Positions 18,544-26,610 are shown, counted from the first letter of the stretch. The stretch: DNA of 40,804 bases from Pyrinomonadaceae bacterium (GCA_041940665.1 JBGTRS010000001.1:1-40804), one strand, 5' to 3'. Translations and numbers: made by a program. The notes: generated by a model from the sequence alone, not told the origin.

Positions 18544-18693
18544 TTACTTGCTCTTATTTTTATTCAGACGGCATTTGTCACTGCAGTATTTTACATCCGT
18601 CCAAACCTTTTCCCATTTTTTCCGCCACCTAAAAGGTCTTTGGCAAACAACGCAAATCTTTGCCGGCAGGTTTTGTTTTTTGACATCTTTCAT
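18544..18693 (-). CDS. DUF2256-type small zinc-ribbon protein (49 aa), absent from the supplied ORF track
   Basis: My manual reverse-strand translation gives [49 protein letters not shown], with ATG at 18693-18691 and TAA at 18546-18544. The CxxC...CxxxC pattern and the RKKWEKVW core match DUF2256, a family typically found next to photolyase/cryptochrome genes. A GGGGA Shine-Dalgarno-like motif for the next gene follows 23 nt downstream. Confidence 0.8.
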   Translation of the reverse strand: MKDVKKQNLPAKICVVCQRPFRWRKKWEKVWTDVKYCSDKCRLNKNKSK

Positions 18694-18700
18694 ATTTTTT

Positions 18701-18776
18701 GCCCGCTAATTTACGCGAATAAACGCGAATTATTTATGTGAATTTATTAGCGTAAATTAGCGTAGATTAGCGGGCC
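18701..18776. repeat. 76-bp palindromic element with 10-bp periodic arm units, immediately upstream of the DUF2256 start
   Basis: The outer inverted repeat is GCCCGCTAATTTACGC (18701-18716) with GCGTAGATTAGCGGGC (18760-18775), matching 15/16. The arms consist of about 10-nt units (TTAGCGTAAA / TTAGCGTAGA / TTAGCGGGCC, and TTACGCGAAT / AAACGCGAAT). ATTTTTT is present on both flanks (18694-18700 and 18777-18783). Confidence 0.65.
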
Positions 18777-18795
18777 ATTTTTTCTTAAACCTATC

Positions 18796-19905
18796 TTAAC
18801 TAAACAAAGTTTCGCGTTTCATGAACTTTTTGCCCTGTTTCCAGTATTTGAAAAATGACGGGAAATATCCTTTTACTTCCGGAAAGAGCCAATCTCTGTC
18901 TTGCTCGTTTCCGACATAATGCGTGGCGGTCGGATGTTCTTTGAAATAAATCTCATCGAGTCCAAAGTCTGTTTTTAGTTCATCAAACTCGCCCGTATAT
19001 ATTTGAATTCGCTCGATGTTTTTTGACAGATTCAAAATAAAATCGAGGGTCTTCGGCGAAACCGGATATTTTTGAAAATGACTTGGCTCAAGCAATAAAA
19101 TGCGGTTGGCGGCGAGGTCTTTTTTCCAGAACGGATCGAGATTGTAAAAGTTATAGATAAGCGTCGGTTTTGAATTATCAATTTCGATCTTCTCCGAACT
19201 TTCGGGAAGTTCGGTTTCGAGATTCGGTTTTTCCGTTTCCCGCAAAACATCGGGAATTTCCAGAACGGGAAAATCCTCATATTCGACATCGAGGAAGGTC
19301 TGTTTTTGGGAGGTCTTGCAGTATTTATTGATGTTTGCCTGATTGGCGTAGTATTTTTTGTGGCTGAACGATCCGGCTGTCCATTGCCAGCTCAGAGCGT
19401 TGCTTGCCCAATCGGCATCGAGCAGATGAAAATAGAACCATTTTGCCGGAAGATGCCAGTAACTTTTAGCGATGTTGCAGACGACGGAAGCGATATACAT
19501 CCGCTGATGGTTGTGGACATAACCCGTTTCGTATAAATCGTTTATGCCGTCATCAATCGCTTCGATCCCTGTTTCCGCCTGCCGAACCGCGGTCGGCATT
19601 TCGTAATTTTCAACGTCTTCCGGCGGACGCTTCAAATCCTCATTGACCGCCTCGCCCTTCGCCATCCAGACTCTTTGAAAATAATCACGCCAGGCGAGTT
19701 CCTGAATGAATTTTTCAATCTGCCGCGGATTAAAACCGCGTTCGATGACCGATTCGAGAACCGTTTTGGTTGAAATCACACCGCGACTGATATACGGCGA
19801 AAGACGCGTCACCGCACCGTCTAAGTAATTCCGCGTTCTGCCGTATTCGACCGGTTCGATCTCCCCAACCTTTTCGAGGATTTTATCTATTTTTGTTACA
19901 AACAT
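18796..19905 (-). CDS. Photolyase-family flavoprotein with inverted domain order (FAD-binding domain N-terminal; NewPHL-like)
   Basis: 369-aa ORF. Residues 1 to about 200 carry FAD_binding_7 signatures (TRLSPYISRGVIS, IQELAWRDYF, TGIEAIDDGINDLYETGYVHNHQRMYIASVV, LLDADWASNALSWQWTAGS). The canonical N-terminal alpha/beta domain is missing. Instead, a roughly 150-aa region follows the catalytic domain. Confidence 0.75.
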   Translation of the reverse strand: MFVTKIDKILEKVGEIEPVEYGRTRNYLDGAVTRLSPYISRGVISTKTVLESVIERGFNPRQIEKFIQELAWRDYFQRVWMAKGEAVNEDLKRPPEDVENYEMPTAVRQAETGIEAIDDGINDLYETGYVHNHQRMYIASVVCNIAKSYWHLPAKWFYFHLLDADWASNALSWQWTAGSFSHKKYYANQANINKYCKTSQKQTFLDVEYEDFPVLEIPDVLRETEKPNLETELPESSEKIEIDNSKPTLIYNFYNLDPFWKKDLAANRILLLEPSHFQKYPVSPKTLDFILNLSKNIERIQIYTGEFDELKTDFGLDEIYFKEHPTATHYVGNEQDRDWLFPEVKGYFPSFFKYWKQGKKFMKRETLFS

Positions 19906-19939
19906 CTTTCCCTGCTTGTTCTTTTCTCAAATTTTTGGT

Positions 19940-20012
19940 GTGAATCAATGACAGGAACGAAACGCCAGCATCTTGCTGGCGTTCCATTTCAAAAGTTTTA
20001 CCTTTGATTCAC
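19940..20012 (-). terminator. Nested palindrome / probable terminator downstream of the 1234-aa oxidoreductase gene
   Basis: A perfect 10-bp stem, AACGCCAGCA (19961-19970) with TGCTGGCGTT (19974-19983), has a TCT triloop. It is nested inside a 9-bp inverted repeat, GTGAATCAA (19940-19948) with TTGATTCAC (20004-20012). It lies directly after the stop at 20016. There is no strong U-run. Confidence 0.5.
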
Positions 20013-20015
20013 ATT

Positions 20016-23000
20016 TTATTTTGCCAAAACACGGTCAAGCCACATATTCGAGAGTTTTTCCTGGATCGAATTCGCCCGCAGGCGGTCGTTCAGGTTTTTG
20101 AAATCTACAAAATCCAGGTTTTGATCCTGATTAAAACAGGAAAAAACAAAAACCTCTTCGCCCGTGTGCGGATTGACATGGCGTTGCAGGCATTGGGCAC
20201 AAATTTCCTTCATCATACACTGCATCGGACTGTTGATCGAACCGATCGCCGTATGCTGTTCTTTCAAGAAAGGCTTCAGGGTCGAATATCTCGCTTCCTT
20301 GACGCCGTTCATCATCCGGTCGGAACCGATGACAATCATCCGGTCAACGTCCTTTAAGTTGACGGTTTGCTCACCGAGTTCGCCTTTCGCATAAGCGATC
20401 ATCGCTTCGACGATATTGCCGCGGAAATGAAAATCCTGCGAACGGTGCGGCTGAATTTCGACGCCGTAATCGGTTGCCCAAATGACCTGATCGGTGCGTT
20501 CTTCGATCTCTTCGCGTTTGAAAAGATCGGCACCGTCCTTGTAGCCGGCAAAGTATATGACCTTGTTATTGTTTTTGCGAAGTGCTTCGGCGATCGAGAA
20601 TAAAACGGCGTTACCGAGTCCGCCGCCGGCCAAGAGAACCGTTTCGTTTTCGGGAATTTCCGTCGGCGTTCCGGTCGGTCCCATGACGACGACCTCTTCA
20701 CCTTCTTTTAAGAATTGGCACAAACGCGAGGACGTTCCCATCTCCAGAACGATCATCGAAAGCAAACCCTTTTCTTCGTCAACCCACGCACCCGTGAGTG
20801 CGAGTCCTTCCATCATCAGGCGTTTGCCCTCGACGACCGGAGCATTCGTCTCAAAATTCTGCAGACGGTAAAATTGTCCGGGTTCGAATTTCCGAGCCTG
20901 CAAAGGTGCTTTGACAATGACGTCAACGATCGTCGGCGTCAGGCGTTCGACCTTGACGACGAAAGCCCGCAGTTGCTCATCCAGAACGGCTTTTAATTTA
21001 TTGAAGATCGCGTCCTTTTCTGCCTGCGGCAAGTCGCCCTGTTCTTTTAATTCGTCCTCGAAAATCTTGACGACCTCGCCGTAACCGTGTTTGGCCGAAG
21101 CCATCGCTTTGACGACATTTCCCGCAAACGAAGGATGATTATCGCCGTAATAGGAGATGAATTTGCCGTCCTTTTCATACGACGTGAAAAATCCGCCCTT
21201 GGCTTCGCGGACGTGGTAACTTCCGTCGCCGTTCTTGAAAACCTCGTGCGGTTCGAAATATTGCCGCCATTCGTCGAGTTTGAACGTGCCGGGAAATTCC
21301 TTTTCGTAGATGACGTTCGGAGCCGTCCCGGCCGCAACGCAGACGGTTTTGGCCGGAAAACGCACCGTTTCGCCCGTCATATCGAAGCGTCCCGTTTCTT
21401 CGTTGTATCTCAGACGCTCAAAGATGAGGGCTTTGACGGCGTTGTTTTCGTCCGGCACGGCCTCGATCGGCGTCATCAGTTCGACAAAATTGATGCCTTC
21501 TTCAAGGGCTTTTTCGACCTCTTCGTGATTTAAGCGATAGGCGGGCGAATCCTGCAAGCGTTTGCGATAGACGAGCGAAACGCCGCCCCAAGATTGAATA
21601 AGCGGCACGAAATTCGGTTCTTCACCCGCTTCTTCGGCTCGTGTCCGTTCTTCGCGGATCGCCTTGCCGTGAACGATATATTCACCCAGGACCTTTTTTT
21701 CTTCTTTGTCAAACTGTTTCCAAACCTCTTCTTCGCCGATCGCTGCGGAGATCTCCTCGAATTTTTCGAGCATTTTTTCGACCTGCACCGGATAATAAGC
21801 GAAAAGTTCGGTCGCCGTATCAATTCCCGTCAAACCGCCGCCGATGACGACCGCCGGAAGACGCATCTGCAGATTGGAAAGCGTATCCTTTTTGAACGCT
21901 CCCGTCAGTTGCAGAGCCATCAGAAAATCCGATGCCTGACGAATCCCGCGGATCAGATTGTTTTTCATCTTGACGATCGTCGGTCTGCCCGCACCTGTTG
22001 CGATCGCGATGTGATCAAAGCCGAAATTCCAGGCGTCTTCGATCGTAAATGTTCCGCCGAAACGAATCCCGCCGTATGCCCGGAAACGCTTACGCCGAAA
22101 CAAGATAAGCTGAAGCATCGTCAGAAAATTCTTGTCCCAACGCACGGTGATGCCGTATTCGGAAACGCCGCCGAAACCCGACAGGATTCTTTCGTCGAGA
22201 TCGTCTTTGATCTGATTGATGTCTTTGACGGGTTTCGGACACATCTGCCCGTGTTTGCCCGTCCAGATGTCGTTTAAGGGTTCGATCTTCAAACCATCAA
22301 CACCGATCACGCCGAAACCTTCGTTCAAAAGATAATGAGCGAGTGTGTAGCCGGCCGGCCCCAAACCGACAACGAGGACGTTTTTGCCGTTATACGGGAG
22401 CGGATACGGTCTTTTCGCATTCAAAGGATTCCAGCGGGTTAAAAGAGAATAAATCTCAAATCCATACGGCAAGTCCAAAACATCGGTCAGCGAAGCAGTT
22501 TCCACCAAAGGAATGTTGACCGGCTCTTGTTTTTGGAAAATACAGCCCTTCATACAATCGTTGCAGATCCTATGTCCCGTTCCGGCACACATCGGATTGT
22601 CGATCGTCACCAGTGCCAGAGATGCAATGGAGTCGCCCTGACCTTTGAGCATATGCATTTCGGAGATCTTTTCGTCGAGAGGACAGCCCGCCGTTTTGAT
22701 ATTCAGGGGATTTTTCTGCACATTGCCGTCGCGGTCGTGCAAACCTTTCGAGCAGGAATCCTTATCGCGTTCGTGGCAGATCAGGCAGTAATCAATCTCA
22801 TTCAATGCATCCCGACGCGTGCCGCGATAATCGGTCAAGCCGAAACCGTCGCGGCGGCGTAAAGACTCATCCGGTCCGCGTAAGGCTTCGGGAATGTCTT
22901 CCGTATAGCGTTTGATGTGAACCAAGTTTTGATAATCGAGCGGCCGCGGGGTTTTGAAGGCATACCATTTCTTTTCCTTTCTATAAAACTGAAACGCCGA

Positions 23001-23720
23001 CCAGATCTCGAAAATCTGCAGAACTGCCTTGACTTGAAGCAGTTCGCCCGTGCCGTCGATCTCGGTCACGAACCGCGAAAAGACATTACCGAAGGTTGAA
23101 TCCTTTAATTTGTCGTAGGCTTTATGAATCTTGTTCAAGGTTTCCTGAACCTCGGTCGTCACGTCCAGGTCTTTGGTCAAGGTTTCTTCGGCTTCGAGGA
23201 GTTCGGCGACGATCGAAGCAATTGCCAGTTCTTCATCGTGGATCAGAACTTCCATAAACTCGCCGTTCTTTAATTGGCGAATGGCTTCGGCTAATTCCGA
23301 TTCCTTGTAATCGCTTAATTTATCTTCTTTGAATGAACGAATCGCCCGCCGCTGGACGAAAAATTTATATTTCCAGATCGGATTGTCTCTGAGAATCTCC
23401 CGTTCGAGTTCCCGGCGTTCTTTCGTGATGCCGAACATTTTGGCGATAAATTCCGAAAGATACGGGGCGGAATCCGTCAGAATCTTCGAAGCGACCTTTG
23501 ATTCATAACCCAACCCGCGTCTTTCGATGTATTCGAGCAACGCTTCGTGAAGAACGGGTTCTTCTTCCGCTAGTTCGGCGTAAAATTTTTCCGCCAACTC
23601 TTTTAAGCGGGAAGCATCAAAAAGATCAGAATACTTAAAGCCGGAAATGCCCAATTCAAAATCGTGATCTCGGGAAAAGTTTTTTGTGTTGATGTTTTCT
23701 TGTTCTAAAGTTCCAATCAT
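20016..23720 (-). CDS. Large fusion oxidoreductase: unknown N-terminal domain, then a GltD/NfnB-like FeS flavoprotein, then a PyrK/NfnA-like FAD/NAD(P) plus 2Fe-2S domain
   Basis: 1234-aa ORF. The central region has Cys-rich FeS motifs (CLICHERDKDSCSKG, GCPLDEKI, GHRICNDCMKGCIF) and two Rossmann folds (VLVVGLGPAGYTLAHYL, AVVIGGGLTGIDTATEL), as in glutamate synthase small-subunit homologs. The C-terminal third has a ferredoxin-reductase-like fold (FEPGQFYRL, VLLAGGGLGNAV) and ends with CMMKEICAQC...FSC (Cx5Cx2C...C). Confidence 0.85.
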   Translation of the reverse strand: MIGTLEQENINTKNFSRDHDFELGISGFKYSDLFDASRLKELAEKFYAELAEEEPVLHEALLEYIERRGLGYESKVASKILTDSAPYLSEFIAKMFGITKERRELEREILRDNPIWKYKFFVQRRAIRSFKEDKLSDYKESELAEAIRQLKNGEFMEVLIHDEELAIASIVAELLEAEETLTKDLDVTTEVQETLNKIHKAYDKLKDSTFGNVFSRFVTEIDGTGELLQVKAVLQIFEIWSAFQFYRKEKKWYAFKTPRPLDYQNLVHIKRYTEDIPEALRGPDESLRRRDGFGLTDYRGTRRDALNEIDYCLICHERDKDSCSKGLHDRDGNVQKNPLNIKTAGCPLDEKISEMHMLKGQGDSIASLALVTIDNPMCAGTGHRICNDCMKGCIFQKQEPVNIPLVETASLTDVLDLPYGFEIYSLLTRWNPLNAKRPYPLPYNGKNVLVVGLGPAGYTLAHYLLNEGFGVIGVDGLKIEPLNDIWTGKHGQMCPKPVKDINQIKDDLDERILSGFGGVSEYGITVRWDKNFLTMLQLILFRRKRFRAYGGIRFGGTFTIEDAWNFGFDHIAIATGAGRPTIVKMKNNLIRGIRQASDFLMALQLTGAFKKDTLSNLQMRLPAVVIGGGLTGIDTATELFAYYPVQVEKMLEKFEEISAAIGEEEVWKQFDKEEKKVLGEYIVHGKAIREERTRAEEAGEEPNFVPLIQSWGGVSLVYRKRLQDSPAYRLNHEEVEKALEEGINFVELMTPIEAVPDENNAVKALIFERLRYNEETGRFDMTGETVRFPAKTVCVAAGTAPNVIYEKEFPGTFKLDEWRQYFEPHEVFKNGDGSYHVREAKGGFFTSYEKDGKFISYYGDNHPSFAGNVVKAMASAKHGYGEVVKIFEDELKEQGDLPQAEKDAIFNKLKAVLDEQLRAFVVKVERLTPTIVDVIVKAPLQARKFEPGQFYRLQNFETNAPVVEGKRLMMEGLALTGAWVDEEKGLLSMIVLEMGTSSRLCQFLKEGEEVVVMGPTGTPTEIPENETVLLAGGGLGNAVLFSIAEALRKNNNKVIYFAGYKDGADLFKREEIEERTDQVIWATDYGVEIQPHRSQDFHFRGNIVEAMIAYAKGELGEQTVNLKDVDRMIVIGSDRMMNGVKEARYSTLKPFLKEQHTAIGSINSPMQCMMKEICAQCLQRHVNPHTGEEVFVFSCFNQDQNLDFVDFKNLNDRLRANSIQEKLSNMWLDRVLAK

Positions 23721-24012
23721 ATTAGTTTGTAAAATGCAGATTATAAAAATTTATCTTAAAAGGAAAAATATATCATTTGAGTTTGCCGGGAAACAAAGCG
23801 GGAAAGGTTTATCCGGGTTGGAGTTTTTTGCTTAAACAGCGGAAAAAGTGTATATTTCTCAAGTATTTTTAAGCTGAAGACTTTGGATATATTATAGTAA
23901 AAGGTTATATTAAGGGTTTGACTAATAAGTTTTGGTTGAGTTATTTCTCGCATTTAATAATGCTCGGCTTAAATTTATCTAAGTTTTAATATTTAGAGGT
24001 TTTATAATAAAT

Positions 24013-26610
24013 ATGGAAACAGATGAAAGGCTGCTGCCGGTTCCTGAAGTAAAAGATTCGCACGCCTCCAAAAATTTACAAACGGCAAATCACGAGTATC
24101 CTCCGAGTTATTCACCGTTCTACGACGAAGATTCATTTAATGACAAGCGTTCGATTCGCGAATATTTTAATGTTATCTACAAACGTCTGCCGTATATTCT
24201 GGCACTGACGCTTTTGACCACTGCGGCCGTCGCCTTTTATATGTACCGGCAGCCCTCGATCTATCAGGCAAATACGACTCTGATAATCGAACCGCGAAAG
24301 CCGAAACCGCAAAATACGCAATCGGTCAATATCAATTTCGGAAACGATCAGAATTACTACAATACGCAACTCGAACTTCTCCGCAAACCCGATCTGATGC
24401 AGGACGTTGTTATCAGGCTCGGTCTTCATAAAAATCCGAATCTGATGGACAACAACCGCAAAGGCGTTTTTGCAACCATCAGTTCGATCTTTTCCGGTGA
24501 AGAAAAACCGCCGACGATTAACAATGAATTGCCGGTTATTTCAACTGAAAATCCGGAAGAAATAAACCGGATTGAAACGACAAATCTGACACCGCAAGAA
24601 AAAGCACTGGCCGAACGCTATGCCGCGTCTTTGCTCGGCGGTTTGAGCGTCGAACAAAGGGAACGCACGAATCTGGTTACATTGAGTGTGATCAACACCA
24701 ATCCGTCTCTGGCGGCCAAGGTTTCCGATGCGGTCGCGACCGTTTTTATCGAACAGGATATCAAACGCGAAACGAGCGGAGCGGAAAAAGCCTACCGTGA
24801 ACTGACCAAATCGATCGAAGAATTGAAAAACACGATCGCCGCCAAAGAACAGGCTTTTATCAATGAAATGAGATCGAGCGGACTCGCCCTCGGCGACGGC
24901 AAGGTCAGCGAACTTTCCGCCGAAGAACTCGGTACGTTAGGTAAACAGAGACTCGATGCGATTGATGAACGAAGAAGAATCGAAGCCGAATACAATGCCG
25001 CCTCGCGTTCCAATAATCCGTACGGACTTTCGGACGGTTCGGGCAGTCAGGTAGCTTCTTCTCTGCGTGAAAGAAACGAAGAACGAAAAGCAAAACTCGA
25101 TGAGCAGTTACGCGAAATAGACAAACAAATAAAAGATTTGGAAGTTGCTAAAAGCGAGCTGTTGGTTAAATATACGCCGGAATATTATAAAGTTAAACAA
25201 GTCGAGGCAAAAATCAGAGATTTAACGGAATTTCGTGAAAAAACGGAGAGAGAACGCACCCAAAAAATCGAATCCGAAAAACAAAAGACGGAAAAAGAAG
25301 TTCAATCCGATATAGTCAGTGCTTTACGGGCCAAACTCGAAGCCGCCCGCAAGAGAGAAAGTCAATTAGATGCGGCTTATACCAATGCGATCAATTCAGC
25401 CAATATCAAGGGTGTCGCGGAAACAAAGCTGACGACCTTGAAACGCGAGATCGAAACCTATCGCGAACAGCTCGATACGTATATCAAGACTCAGAAAGAA
25501 CAGGAATTGGCCATTCAAAGCAGTCGTCCCGACAATATCAATATTTCGGCAAATGCCGTGACGCCGACGGCTCCGATCGGTCCGAACAGAAACCGTAATA
25601 TCGTCATAGCCTTTCTGGTCTCCTTGATCGGCGGCATCGGTCTATCATTCCTGCTCGATTATCTCGATGATTCGATCAAATCTTCGGATGACATCGGCCG
25701 ACATTTGGGCTTGCCGACGCTTTCTTTGATCCCGCATCATAATCTGGTTGAAAAGAAAAAACGCAAGATGCTCTCGGTCGGCGAAAACGGTCTGGCTTCT
25801 TCAACGGCTTTGATCGCCCTGGAGGACAACCGCTCGGCCATGGCCGAAGCCTATCGGCATCTGCGGACTTCGCTTTTGTTCTCGTCCGCCGGAAAACCGC
25901 CCGAAACGATTCTCGTTACGTCTTCACAACCGGCCGAAGGCAAAACGACGACGGCGATCAACACGGCGATTACTTTGGCACAATCGGGAGCCGATGTCGT
26001 TTTGGTAGATTGCGACCTGCGGCGGCCGCGTCTGCATAATCATTTCAATATGGAAAACTCGCACGGATTGACCAACTATCTGTCGGGCGAACGAGATACG
26101 GATAATCTTCTGAGACCCGTGCCGCGTCTGCCGAACTTGAAGGTCATTACGAGCGGCCCGATACCGCCGAACCCGGCCGAACTTTTGAGTTCCAATGAGA
26201 TGAAGCATCTTTTGCAGTTCTTAAAAGGTAATTTCAAGCATATCGTGATTGATTCACCGCCGGCAATTTCATTTACCGACGCGGCGATTCTCTCGACTCT
26301 GGTTGACGGCGTTGTCCTGGTAGCAATGGCCGGCAAGAGTTCGATTCACTTGATGCGCCGCTTCAAACAGCGTCTTGCCAATATCGGGGCGAGAGTTTAC
26401 GGCGTTGTCTTAAACGGCATCAAACCGAACTCGGTTGACTACGGATATTACGGTTATGGCTATACCTACAGTTATTACAATTCAAACGAAGAAGATTCGA
26501 CGCCCTCGATGAACGGGGACTCGAAAAATTTTTCCGATGAGAATTTTTTTAATGAGGATGAATATATCGAGGTCGAAGAAGATGAATTGATTCACGATAC
26601 GAAAGATTAG
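24013..26610 (+). CDS. Polysaccharide co-polymerase / tyrosine autokinase (Wzc/EpsB/GumC-like)
   Basis: 865-aa ORF. It has an N-terminal Wzz-like region with a TM helix, a long coiled coil and a second TM helix. The BY-kinase domain has Walker A (SSQPAEGKTTTAINTA), Walker A' (VVLVDCDLRRP) and Walker B (HIVIDSPP). The C-terminal Tyr cluster is DYGYYGYGYTYSYY. Confidence 0.9.
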   Translation: METDERLLPVPEVKDSHASKNLQTANHEYPPSYSPFYDEDSFNDKRSIREYFNVIYKRLPYILALTLLTTAAVAFYMYRQPSIYQANTTLIIEPRKPKPQNTQSVNINFGNDQNYYNTQLELLRKPDLMQDVVIRLGLHKNPNLMDNNRKGVFATISSIFSGEEKPPTINNELPVISTENPEEINRIETTNLTPQEKALAERYAASLLGGLSVEQRERTNLVTLSVINTNPSLAAKVSDAVATVFIEQDIKRETSGAEKAYRELTKSIEELKNTIAAKEQAFINEMRSSGLALGDGKVSELSAEELGTLGKQRLDAIDERRRIEAEYNAASRSNNPYGLSDGSGSQVASSLRERNEERKAKLDEQLREIDKQIKDLEVAKSELLVKYTPEYYKVKQVEAKIRDLTEFREKTERERTQKIESEKQKTEKEVQSDIVSALRAKLEAARKRESQLDAAYTNAINSANIKGVAETKLTTLKREIETYREQLDTYIKTQKEQELAIQSSRPDNINISANAVTPTAPIGPNRNRNIVIAFLVSLIGGIGLSFLLDYLDDSIKSSDDIGRHLGLPTLSLIPHHNLVEKKKRKMLSVGENGLASSTALIALEDNRSAMAEAYRHLRTSLLFSSAGKPPETILVTSSQPAEGKTTTAINTAITLAQSGADVVLVDCDLRRPRLHNHFNMENSHGLTNYLSGERDTDNLLRPVPRLPNLKVITSGPIPPNPAELLSSNEMKHLLQFLKGNFKHIVIDSPPAISFTDAAILSTLVDGVVLVAMAGKSSIHLMRRFKQRLANIGARVYGVVLNGIKPNSVDYGYYGYGYTYSYYNSNEEDSTPSMNGDSKNFSDENFFNEDEYIEVEEDELIHDTKD

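Noticed and set aside
18491-18741. Plus-strand ORFs 18491-18709 (72 aa) and 18505-18741 (78 aa).
   Set aside because: Their translations are Phe/Leu-rich. They lie antisense to the much more convincing DUF2256 zinc-ribbon ORF and run into the palindromic element.
18701-18776. A possible CRISPR-like or other repeat array, from the 10-bp periodic units. I also looked window-wide for 25-40 bp direct repeats with spacers.
   Set aside because: The units are only about 10 nt, degenerate and arranged as a palindrome. No spacer-repeat architecture and no cas genes occur anywhere in the window.
23756-23953. The 65-aa minus-strand ORF in the AT-rich spacer upstream of the Wzc-like gene.
   Set aside because: It arises from AT-rich non-coding sequence, has no RBS and has an implausible composition. 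The region is more likely a divergent promoter or leader.
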